A stretch of DNA of 64,000 bases from the NCBI RefSeq assembly GCF_033153115.1, contig NW_026889782.1, positions 26,908,001 through 26,972,000 on the forward strand, given 5' to 3'. This DNA comes from Saccostrea echinata. Its lineage: Eukaryota. The stretch's first letter is position 1, and each line of letters opens with the position of its first letter. Positions 39,901-51,384 of the stretch are shown in pieces. The notes beneath the pieces are model-generated. The model was not told the origin of the DNA, did not search any database, and was given only the letters and a program-made list of their open reading frames with translations. Made by a program: the position numbers and the translations under genes.

Positions 39901-42900
39901 AATGTTTAATTTGGCCAATTTTTATTTTTAAAAAAAGTCATGATTGTATTTAATAATTGACCTTTTAAATTGCGTCTGATCTGATTTTTATATGATTTTC
40001 GACTTCAAATATTTATTTATATTTCTTAAAGAAATGTTCGGGGGTTTTACATCTTTGGAAAAAAAATAACCTTTCAAAAGAATCAATTATAAAAAGTCTA
40101 ACGAGTAATTTGTTTTTAATCCAAATATGCAATCAGAAGCCTAACGTACGGGCTTTAAACCATTTTTCTTATACTTAACGTCAATTCCTGATTATAGTGG
40201 ACAAGCCTTTTGTAATGGGAACTATGTCACTGGGTGCAATTGACTTTTTATCTTCATTCATTTTGAACTATTAACGTTATATTTCATTTTTTTACTTGAA
40301 ATTCAGTATTTTTTAATTATATTGGTTTAAATGTTGAATTTTTTAAACATTTCTCATGTTTTATAACTAATCCCACATTTCATTGCCAAGTAATACTTGT
40401 CGGACAAGAAAGGGGACTGAGTGCTAAGGTGGCTACCAGCTATTCCAATCTTTTAAAAATTACAATTTCAACTTGAAAATAACAACAATAGATGTATTGA
40501 TAGTTCATTTGTTTTTATAAAATTATATTGTATGATCGATTGTCCGTTGTTTTACGTCCCGTTCGAGAAGTTTTCAATCATAAAGAGATCTATAGCAATT
40601 AAAGTTTACTTACATTCCACCTGTATTTTGTACTCTTACAAAAAAAAAGGATTAAGCAGATTTTTTTTTTCAAAAAAAAGAAAAAGAAAAAAAAAAGAAA
40701 AATGTGATTTTATTTACTTAAGTTTGTATGCTTTAATACTCTTTAAGACAGATTAAATGGAAGAAAAAAAAAATATTATTTTATTTGAATTTTTTCTGAA
40801 TATGTAAAATTTAAGACAGAAAATAAATTTAACAGATTTGAAAATTTGTAAAAAGAATAGTTAAAAAATATATTTCCAAAGCAAAATATAACCAATTTAC
40901 CTGTCCTTCCCCTCCCTCCAACCAGAAGTAATTAAATACCGTTTACGGTAATTAGTAATTAAATGTTTTAACAGCTAATTATTACACAACTAATCTGTCT
41001 AATCCAAGAAGATATCTTTTCTCCTGATTTTCTTAGTGGGAATAGGCGAGCGTTAATGCATTTTCTAATCATTAAAAACATACAATTATTAAATTTTCGA
41101 TAATCTTATGTCAATGCCATCAACACATTTTTTTTTTATATTGTATCACTTTTACTTATTGTCAACACCTGTCATTTTAACTCATTCTTCAATCCTCTTA
41201 AATACCCTTGTCACGTTTTTATTGTGCAGTTCGGAGTCCGGGTGTACTATAGACACTTGACAATGTCCGTCTTGTTGCCCTTCATGCTCTATCAATTTTA
41301 ACGGCACAGTTTGGAGGCAATGGCCATATTCAACTGGTTAATGTTCATTACTCTTCTATGATAAGAACCCTTTCTACACTGCACACTTCAGAGTTTTGAT
41401 TTTGTGATATTTTTCTGCAGTTAGAGTGATCTGCACTTAGATCTGAATTCAAATAAATTGAAGTCTTCAGTATATTACTCGATTCGTGATCAATTCAAGC
41501 ATTCTGAACTTTTTAAAAGGCCAAGATAAATTAACTGAACACTTCATTTGCATATATTTTTTTCCTCTGAAGTAAACAACAGTGATTTCTGTTCATTGAT
41601 TCTTTACTGTCTTTGAACATTTTTCCTCGGGGTAAATGCCACGTACTATATATTGAAAATTCAATAGATAAGTTTAATATATACACATTTATACAGAATA
41701 ATTTTCTAAATGTCAAAAAAAAAATAACTAAAAAAACATTTTGGACTGGTGTATAGAGGGTCCTTAATTAATCTTCCATTGTTGGGACTTAGAAAAATGT
41801 AGTTTAATCGGAATGAGACCGTGTATAAATTAAACTGATATCGTTCAGAATCTTGGCAACTTGAAATGAATTCATACTAAGCATTTAAAAAAAAACAGGA
41901 AAATTTATAGATTCCTTTTTAAACTGGAATTACACAGCAGTTTTCCGATATGCTATAAAGAGGACGCGGTCTAAATTATACGGGAAATATTAACCCTTAC
42001 ATCATAAAAAAATTTAACAATTCTTATACTACCACAAAAATAAGTGATATCCGACTCTTAATTGTAGGACAGCTTTAATATTTAACAAATATCTTTAAGA
42101 ATAATGGCGACCTGAATTGAATTCATACAGGAGTTGAAAACAGGAAAAAAATTATAGTTTCTTTTATATACTTGCAATTAAGTGGCACAGTAAATAACAG
42201 AAAGAGGAGGTGGAGTCTACATTAAACGGGAAAATATGTATGAGAAAGCTTAAAATGTACATTGTAAGAATGAGTCTAAAAATAGACTAATGAATAAAAT
42301 GACATGTTTCAGAAGATGCGTGATCCCTCTTACCCATCTCCTTCTTTATTCTATATAAATATGACACGTAAGTTTCAGAACAACACTTAGTAAAGTATAA
42401 AGAAGATTTACATCGATGCCCGACAAAACAACGTGTCCTAATACAATGTCCTAATTAGGACATTGCATACTCTTCGGACCAGACCATAAAAACTGAGGTC
42501 TCTTGTTTCGTAGATGCTGGCATAAAATATCTCTCACTGCTCAAGGGCCCTGAGTGCCGAATATAGGTCTAAATTGCAGCCTTCACCGACAATTGGTGGC
42601 GTCTCCATATAGTTAAATATTCTCGAAAGGGACATTGAACAACTTTTTAATTACACTTTTTTATTTAATTTAATGATGTAAAGGTGAAGATTGGACGTTG
42701 GCCAGTCCTTTAATTAAAAGAAAAAATGCTTGTTTTGAAAATTTTATTTTGTCGCAAAAGTTTATCTGATTTTCCACAAAAACATCAATTTTCTTTAAGA
42801 AAAAGCGGTACCGCAGTTATCTTGAAACTGTACATTGAATTTTGTAAGTGACCTAAAGACTGCAAGTGGTTGTGCTAAAATCAACAGACTATCAAAGTTT

Positions 42901-44342
42901 CAACTTTTCTAAATAGAAAATCTAATCTTCCTTAGTATGTACTTAACGGCCAGAGTTACATTTTGTGCGATAATATTAGAGTTCTTCAAAGAATTACTGG
43001 TTATCCTGACTATGAATGTATATTTATCACAAAAATTGCCGATATTTACATTTTTTATATTAACTTTATCTCCGTGACTCTAAAATGAACATTAACCTAG
43101 ACACGGACAAATAGGACATTACTCTTTTCTTTTAAGTTCTGTCAATGAAATTACGATTTGGTGTTTTATCTATTTTTGTAGTTTGCAAGAATATGTGTAT
43201 ATGCCCTTATTTGCACGTTGTAGATCCTAGGAAATTATTAAAATTTAACAAGAAAGAGTTGTAGAATATCCTTATATTCATGAATAATATCAGTGGAACA
43301 GTTTCACGTCCTTTAATTGTTGTTTTACAGGGATTTGTACCTGAGTTCAAGGTTCAGTCATAAGAGAGAAAGCTCTATTTGTAACGGTCAAGATAAAGAG
43401 TTAAGGAGTCAAAATTTGCCTAGCAGGGTATGCTCAAATTGTCATTTTAATTTTCAATTAGATAAGATATAACAGTATAGTATTTAAAAAGCTAACGTTT
43501 ATATAATAGAACAAAGATTGAGAGTGACACAGGGAAAAATATATTGATCTCATCTTCCTCGTTTTGAGATTTAAAAAAGAAAAAAAAGGTTCAGTGCTAT
43601 CACTGCGTGATAAAACATCGTAATTGATAGAAATAAAAGAACTTTCTACGTTTGTACATAAAAAATGTAATTGATATTTCCGTTACTAACTAAACACGTG
43701 ACTATGTTTATGATGCCATACATACATTCTTCCCTTTCAGTAACTCTATATTCTTAATTAATGTTTACGCAAATGCACAGCGCATTTATATCTGTCTTGG
43801 TTTTATACATGGGGTACATTGAGGGATTTTTACTATTCGTCGGTATGGTAAACGAGTTGCGTACAAATGTACATGTACTGATCATACGAATTGGAATACA
43901 AAGACTTCAAATGGCGAAAACGAAGTTGTGTCAACCTTAGTTCAGCCCATAAGTATGTTCAAATGTTGCAGTCATTAATTCACATTACACCGATTACCAT
44001 TATGAACCAAGATTGAAGTGTTTCAAACTGTTACTGAACATTTATCCATCCAAACGATATTCTTGGGCATTGCCTAAATCTTACAAGTTGTTATAATTGC
44101 TGTTTACAGTCAACAACAGAAGATGCTAGCTGCTCACTGAAGAGTTCAATTGAACCACAAGTTACAAGCTTTATGTCTACCGTCATTGTTGTAATCAAAC
44201 AACCGTCAAGCAGTAATCATTTATTGATTTCAACCGGGTATAATTTTAAACGAGACCCATATCTTTTTACGTCTCAAAGCGCAGAAAACGACGTCAAACT
44301 CGCGGTTTTGTAAATATGGAAGTAATTTTTGCCAACTGCGTA

Positions 44343-44686
44343 AGTAGTATAAAGGGGTTTTTTTCGTACCTAGTTTATACGCCCTGTTTTGGCGATACGC
44401 CCTGTTTTCGCTATACGCCTGGTTCTATAAAAGGATATGAGGAATATTGGTTTTCCGATAAACGAAACAGCGGGCAGTCTTTTGTGACCCTGGTTTTGCA
44501 ATAAAAGGATATGAGGAATATTGGTTTTCCAATAAACAAAACAACAGGCAGTCTTTTATGACCCTGATTTCGCTATACGCCCTGTTTTCACGATACGCCT
44601 TTTTTTAACAAGGGTGTATAGGAAAACTTAGTCTTATACGATATGGGTTTTTTTTTCTCCCCTATACTAGAGAGAAACTTAACACC
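44343..44686 (+). repeat. Left TIR of the Polinton
   Basis: Inverse match to 60551-61019; internal ATACGCCCTGTTTT motifs. Confidence 0.92.
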
Positions 44687-45374
44687 CGATTTTATTCGCT
44701 AAGAATTCTCACACCTCTTACCTTATGTGTTCTATATCTTTATTTTGTTAGAGATAGGGGAAAATGTTTAAAATTATTAGTTCGCCAGGCATAAGGCGAG
44801 AAAAACGATAAACTAATGTAAAAATAATATATATATATGGTTATTATTTCTATTAAAATTATTCAATACTAATGTAATTTGGTAAAGATTTTTTTTTTCT
44901 GTTAGTCGAATTTATCGGACCTGTAAGGAACTCTTTAATATGAGAAGGTAAAATTTTGGAATCGTCTGCTGTGTATGTACGGTATTTTGTAAGGTTATTG
45001 TTCCCCCTGCATGGAAAGTAAGCGACAAACACTCAACTCTTAGGGTGTCTTAAAAGGTGTGAAGATTTATGCTATAATCTACACGATTTTTTTTCTGTTA
45101 TTACCAACTCGATTTCACGTCCTGTTATGAGGACAAAAGAGGGTATATTATGTATAGATAACCTACTGACTCGATATTGACAAGGTGGTCTCGATCACTT
45201 TTTGTTACTTTACAATCAACATTAATTCCGAGATGCCCTGCTGAGCTAACGAAACTAATTACTTATCACTTTGCATTATAAACGCTCCTACAATGATTTT
45301 CATCAAAGAGATTCTCAAGGTCTCAGCAAATATTAAAGAGGTTTCGTTTAGACTTGGTTCATTTCATCATCAAA

Positions 45375-46049
45375 ATGGACTGGACAGAGAACATTGATAT
45401 AGATCCTCCAAGGGATGTACTAGAAAAAATTGATAGACTGGAAAGAGCCTACATAGCCAAAGAGGTAAATATTTTTCTTTGTATTATTAAATGTGTCTTG
45501 ATACGAATAATAGATTTACATCAAGAAGATTTTCTTACATATAATCAAAAAAGAAAACGCTAAAATAAAAAAAAAAAAAATCACGCAGTTATTTAGTTTG
45601 ACGATTTTTATCTTAACAAAAATTAAAAGGAAACTGATAGGAAACGGTCAAAAAAAATATCGACTGTTGAGTTTTGGTTCGATAAAACGACATCGATATT
45701 TATTATCGTTTATATTTAAGAGTTGTTTTTACGTGTGATTAATACATTATGGTACTTTTTTTTAAAAAATAACTATGATATTCCTTTATGAAATTTAATC
45801 GGTTTTACATCTAATCATTTTCATAACCGAGTTTAAAAAAATCGTTTAATAATGAGAAAAAAATTTAAGCATCGAAATTTCTTTCTTAGAAATTCAAACA
45901 AAATAGACGAAATGGGGAAGAAAAGAAAGAAGCATCTGAAGTATATATTTTGTTTATATATTTGTTATAGGTATACAAATAAATTAAACAAAAGTTTTGA
46001 ATCGATATTACATGTATAAATATATATATATTTTTTCAATGTTTATATT

Positions 46050-46080
<31 letters not shown>

Positions 46081-46791
46081 AATGACCGAGTTAAAAAGCA
46101 TCGTCTAAAATGGAGAGAAAAAATAAAATTGAAATTCCTTTCTTAGAAATTCAAAGAAAATACTGGAAATGGAGGGGAAAAGAAAGAAGATTCTGAGGTA
46201 TATTTTGTCCGATGTGTAGAAATAATTAAACAAAATGACAAAGAAAAAAAATCTGATAAAACGATTAATTTTTATCATTGTTAATATTTAACAGTTAATT
46301 TTATTGTGTAATTCATACTTTATAGTACATTTTTTTAAAGACCTATGATATACCTTTATGAAATTTAGTCAATTTTCATCTATGTATTTTAATGATCGAG
46401 TTATTAAAGAATTTATAAAATCGAGAGAAAAAAAAATTTAGCATTGAAATTTGTTTCCTAGAATATCGAAGAAAAAAGACCAATACAGAATAAGGACGAA
46501 TCTGAGGTACATTTTGTCTGAATACATTTAATATATGCAACTGTTCACCCAATTTAATCGTGCAATTATTTTATCCTTATACTTACTGTAGAACGAAGAA
46601 AGACGGGTGGGCTTTTTCATGGTTTCATCTAAAAAGAAAAGTCCTGTACGTACCTTTGTCTGGTTGATTACAAGAATTTGTGTATCTATTTTAATCGAGC
46701 AACAAAATCATGCATTTTTTTTTTATTTATTTAGGGAAAAGGAAAGAAATTAACAAAGAAAGACGAGTAGGGCAAAGCGAAGCAAAGTAAG
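45375..46791 (+). CDS. Putative spliced micro-exon gene or pPolB 5' exons (45375-45464, 45890-45940, 46147-46197, 46462-46506, 46592-46645, 46735-); highly charged product
   Basis: Purine-rich blocks bounded by YAG/GT; first four are phase 0 and stop-free; the 3' join is unresolved. Confidence 0.55.
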
Positions 46792-46992
46792 GTATACATG
46801 TATATATATTTACACGTCATCTGAAACATTCCGTTATAGATGAAATTCTTAATCCCTTGTTATAATTTTTTTTTTTTTTTTACGCAGACTCGGAAACCTT
46901 CTCACAAGGTCAAACCTCTGAATTATATAATAATCGATTAAGTTTAGGGTAGTGGGCAGAGTTCTAGAGACAGACCATCGACCTCCTATGAC

Positions 46993-49900
46993 ATGACCTC
47001 AGACGAAACATCACAGAGTTCATTAGACAGACCCTCAACCTCCTATGACACGACCTCTGACCAGGATGAAACATCATCCGACAATGACAGTCAAACGGAC
47101 GATGACCCTGCGTTACAATTCCTACTGAAAAAGTACGAGAGACTCATAAACAGACCCCACCAAGAAGGTGTAATTCAAAAAGAATACAATTTTGCTGCGC
47201 ACAATTTTAATCTTTCTTATGACGATCTCGAAAAACAATTGAACGACATATACCAAACTGAAAAGCATGCCTTTAAAATCAACTTTTCTCTCGGAATTGT
47301 GTTGAGAAACACGGAAGGCGAACTGCGATATTTTTATGCTTCTGGAAATGACTCCTTGTTAAACGAACCTTATCAGATATCAAATAAGAAAGACTTAGAT
47401 AATTTAATCTTGATTTTAAGGAACAAAGATCTTTTGCAGATAGCGTTACAGTCGCGCCCGAACTCAAAATGGAGCGTTTATGTCGTCACAAACATTAGAT
47501 CGGTGGTCGTCAGAACGAATTATATTTTAGGGGCGGGTCGTAAGCTACCGGACTATGTCAAAAATAAAAAGTGCATTATCGCACTGAACACCAACAGCGT
47601 CGATGGTAGTTTAATTGAAGACAATTTATGTGCTTTCCGATGCTTGGCTTACCACCGAACACAAAATAGGAAAGGTCTAGAAAGACTTACTTTGAAATAT
47701 TACAGAGAATTTTTTGGCCATAGGGTAACCAAACGTACCAAATTTAATGGGCTCACCCTTGAGGACATTCCTCATTTCGAAAACAATTTTGATATCAATG
47801 TCAATATATTTCAATTGTTCGAGGACCAAACCTGCGTCCACATTTATCGTTCACGTGGAGTGTTTCAAGACACGATGAACTTAAACCTATTCGAAGACCA
47901 TCTCAGCTACATAAAAAATCTAGATGTGTATTGTAAGAAGTACGAGTGTCGAAATTGTAAAACTCTTTTCCCCACACAAGGTAAAGTCACCCGCCATGAA
48001 AAACGCTGCAAAGAGGCTACTAGGTTCATATATCCAGGGGGTTACTATGCCCGACCGCGACATATTTTTGAAGAACTCGAATATTTAGACAGTAAAGTAG
48101 ACAATGACTTGCGGTTTTATCCTTTTTTCATTACATATGATTTTGAAGCGATTCTTCAAACAGATGATCTACCCCCCGCGACACAAAAATCTACTTGGGC
48201 TCAAGAGCATCGACCCGTATCATTTTCGATATGCTCCAATGTTCCGGGACATGTAGATCCCGTTTGTCAAATGGATTCGGACGTCAATAGCTTAATTCAA
48301 AAGTTTGTACTTGCCGCAAGTAAAATACAGTCTACAGCTCAGAAGTACATGCGAGCCCGTTTTGCAAATGTTTTGAAAAAGCTTTCCCTCGAATCTAAAA
48401 AATTACAAGAACTTTCTGAAGAAATCTTACATAGAGACGATGACAGTGATGACGAGGATGACGATGACGACGAGAGACAAGCCATAAACACGCCCCTTTT
48501 ATGTCACATTAAACGAATACAGGCCAAACTCGACACTTACATCAATGAGATACCGGTCTTAGGGTACAATAGTTCCAAGTACGATTTGAATTTAATAAAA
48601 ACCAAATTTGCGGAATGTTTGAAACTACCTCAAAGTAAGAAAAATTTTGTTGTTAAAAAGTGCAATCAGTACATGTGTATTAGTAATGGCCAATTCAAAT
48701 TTCTAGATATCAGTAATTTTGTAGCACCAGGGTTTTCCTACGACATGTTCATCAAATCCTACGAAATAGAGTTGCATAAATCGTTTTTTCCTTACGAGTT
48801 TCTCACGTCGTTTGATAACCTGGAGCATACGCAGCTTCCACCCTACGAAGCTTTTTACTCTTCCCTTAAAAACTGTAATGTGCTAAACGAAGAACACGCG
48901 CGATTTCGTCGCTTAGTCGTCGACGAACAACACCCCGTTGCCGTCGCATTGAAAAAAATGAATCTAAAGAAACCGCCTCCTACCGGACCGGAGAATTACG
49001 AAAAACTTCGCGCTTTATGGGAGGAACGCGGCATGCGCACTCTCAAAGATTATCTCGAATATTACAATAATCTGGACGTACTTCCCTTCTGTCAGGCGGT
49101 GTCAAAGATGCTCCGTTTTTACACATCGCGGAATATTGATCTATTTAAGACATGCCTCAGCGCGCCCGGGGTAGCAAGGGAAATCATTTTTCAATCTGCC
49201 GCCGGAAAAGGACATTTCGCGTGCTTTGATGCCCAAAATAAAGACTTGTATAGTATCTTTGGGAAGGGAATGTGTGGTGGTCCCGCCATCATTTTTCATC
49301 GCTACCACGAGAGGTATAAAACATTCATTCGGAAAAATGTCAACCAAATTTGTAAGAAAATCGTAGGGTACGATGCTAATGCCTTGTATTTATGGGCACT
49401 CAGTCAAGACATGCCCACCGGTCCTTTTACTATTAGAAAAGAAGAAAACAATTTTCAGCTAGTCAAACGAGATCGCTATTTAAAAGCTTTGTATTTCTTA
49501 GAATGGTTAAGACACAGTCGAGGTGTCAATATTGATCATTACTTTAACGCGGGCAAAGAGTTCCGTATTGGTCCGTATCGAGTAGACGGTTATTCTAGAG
49601 CAGAGAAAAAAGTATACGAATTTAACGGTTGCTACTTTCATCGACACAAATGCGCTCTGACTGCTCACATTCAGGACCCTAAATGGTTAAAGGATCAAAA
49701 AAAAGTTCAGAAACGCGAGCAAGAGCGAACAGAATACATTAAAAACCAAGGCTATGACATAGAAATCACCTGGGAATGCCAATACGAGAATTGGTTAAAA
49801 ACGTCCCCCGAATTTAAAAGATTTATTGAAGAGCAACGCCGAAAGCGCCCTCTAGAACACCGAACGACATTAACCAAGTCTGAAATCTTAACCGCCATTC

Positions 49901-51075
49901 GCGAGAAAAAAATATTCGGCGCCGCAGAAGTCGATATACACGTCCCCGATCATCTTTTAGACAAATTTCAAGAAATGTCCCCCATTTTTTGCAATGCCGA
50001 AATTCCATTTGAAGCTCTCGGACCATATTCTCAGGAAACGGCACAAAAATTAAATTTGGGAGAAAAACCGCGACGGTTATTAGTCGGAGGTATGCGCGCG
50101 CGTAAAATTCTACTGGCTACCCCTCTCTTAAAGTGGTATTTAGAACACGGTCTTATCGTTTCGCGCATATATCAAGTTATAGAATTCACCCCTAGCCCCT
50201 GTTTTTCCGATTTTACGAGCGAAGTTAGCAATGCTCGTCGTCGCGGTGATAGTGATCCGCGTTTTGAAATATTCGCGGATACCATGAAACTCATTGGAAA
50301 CAGCGCGTACGGATCAATGATCATGAATAAAGAAAAACACACGGAAATTACTTATTGTGCGACGAAAGAAAAAGCAGGATGTTTTGCCTCTAAAAAACGG
50401 TTCCGAACATTGACCGAACTCAATAATAATCATTTCGAAATCGAGCTTGCTAAATCGCGCATAAACTTGGATTTACCAATACAAATAGGATATTTCGTGC
50501 TTCAATATGCCAAGCTGCGTATGCTCGAGTTCTATTATGACTGCGTCGATAAATTTTGTAGCCGTCAAGATTTCGAATTGATGTCCATGGACACAGACTC
50601 TCTATATATGGCCATATCAGCTGAAAAGTTTGAGGACATAATTAAACCCGACATGAAACCCCTTTTCAAACGGGAAAAAAATCAATGGTTTCCTCGCACA
50701 GAACCTGTTGAGGCGGCATCCTTTGATCGTCGCGAACCTGGTTTGTTTAAGGAAGAGTTTGTAGGGACGGGCATGGTAGCCCTTTGCAGCAAAACCTATT
50801 GCGTGGAAAATAATCTAGAACTTAAAAAGAGTAAATTCAGTTGTAAAGGTTTAAATAAAAACAATTTCAGCCACCCTCTGTCTTTATATAAACGTGTATT
50901 GTTCGATAATACCACGGCCGGTGAGACGAATCGCGGTTTCCGCGCCCGAAATAACACGATCTTTACTTACACTCAACGACGACAGGGACTGACTTCTTTT
51001 TATCCTAAGCGCAAGGTCTTGTCTGACGGAGTGTCGACAACCTATCTTGAAATGGAACTGTGCCCATGGGACTAG
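46993..51075 (+). CDS. pPolB: Protein-primed family B DNA polymerase with N-terminal TP/vOTU-like region, Zn finger and internal VSR-like nuclease
   Basis: Exo motifs YDFE, YNSSKYD, YNNLDV; pol motifs YDANALY, KLIGNSAYG, MDTDS; DNLC..H; CRNC..H...C; YRVDGY..YEFNGCYFH. Confidence 0.97.
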   Translation: MTSDETSQSSLDRPSTSYDTTSDQDETSSDNDSQTDDDPALQFLLKKYERLINRPHQEGVIQKEYNFAAHNFNLSYDDLEKQLNDIYQTEKHAFKINFSLGIVLRNTEGELRYFYASGNDSLLNEPYQISNKKDLDNLILILRNKDLLQIALQSRPNSKWSVYVVTNIRSVVVRTNYILGAGRKLPDYVKNKKCIIALNTNSVDGSLIEDNLCAFRCLAYHRTQNRKGLERLTLKYYREFFGHRVTKRTKFNGLTLEDIPHFENNFDINVNIFQLFEDQTCVHIYRSRGVFQDTMNLNLFEDHLSYIKNLDVYCKKYECRNCKTLFPTQGKVTRHEKRCKEATRFIYPGGYYARPRHIFEELEYLDSKVDNDLRFYPFFITYDFEAILQTDDLPPATQKSTWAQEHRPVSFSICSNVPGHVDPVCQMDSDVNSLIQKFVLAASKIQSTAQKYMRARFANVLKKLSLESKKLQELSEEILHRDDDSDDEDDDDDERQAINTPLLCHIKRIQAKLDTYINEIPVLGYNSSKYDLNLIKTKFAECLKLPQSKKNFVVKKCNQYMCISNGQFKFLDISNFVAPGFSYDMFIKSYEIELHKSFFPYEFLTSFDNLEHTQLPPYEAFYSSLKNCNVLNEEHARFRRLVVDEQHPVAVALKKMNLKKPPPTGPENYEKLRALWEERGMRTLKDYLEYYNNLDVLPFCQAVSKMLRFYTSRNIDLFKTCLSAPGVAREIIFQSAAGKGHFACFDAQNKDLYSIFGKGMCGGPAIIFHRYHERYKTFIRKNVNQICKKIVGYDANALYLWALSQDMPTGPFTIRKEENNFQLVKRDRYLKALYFLEWLRHSRGVNIDHYFNAGKEFRIGPYRVDGYSRAEKKVYEFNGCYFHRHKCALTAHIQDPKWLKDQKKVQKREQERTEYIKNQGYDIEITWECQYENWLKTSPEFKRFIEEQRRKRPLEHRTTLTKSEILTAIREKKIFGAAEVDIHVPDHLLDKFQEMSPIFCNAEIPFEALGPYSQETAQKLNLGEKPRRLLVGGMRARKILLATPLLKWYLEHGLIVSRIYQVIEFTPSPCFSDFTSEVSNARRRGDSDPRFEIFADTMKLIGNSAYGSMIMNKEKHTEITYCATKEKAGCFASKKRFRTLTELNNNHFEIELAKSRINLDLPIQIGYFVLQYAKLRMLEFYYDCVDKFCSRQDFELMSMDTDSLYMAISAEKFEDIIKPDMKPLFKREKNQWFPRTEPVEAASFDRREPGLFKEEFVGTGMVALCSKTYCVENNLELKKSKFSCKGLNKNNFSHPLSLYKRVLFDNTTAGETNRGFRARNNTIFTYTQRRQGLTSFYPKRKVLSDGVSTTYLEMELCPWD

Positions 51076-51384
51076 TCCATTGTTTGTGTATATACCCCCT
51101 TTGTTTTAGTCCATAGAATAGCCCTCCGGATGAGTCCATTTTTAGGGGAAGGGGAACTAACTTTTATGTTAATTTGTTATGTCCCTATATTTTGACTAAA
51201 ATTTTATAAATTTGTAAATTAAAGACAATGATAACAAAGATAGTATTCATTGTAAATAAATAAAAACTGAATATATTTTTTTCCGTTTATATATAAAAGA
51301 AAGGTTATAACCCTGCCTCCTCCTCACCCCTTCTTTTTCCCATCACCCTTAGTTTTTTAGGTTTCTTGTGTTTTATTGAGGAGG

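Noticed and set aside
40000-44330. Possible host exons in flanking AT-rich DNA (also 61030-64000)
   Set aside because: Only short low-complexity ORFs; no supportable exon chain
44316-44504. Near-identical ORFs at 44316 (+) and 60822-61181 (-)
   Set aside because: Translations of the two TIRs that begin in flanking host DNA
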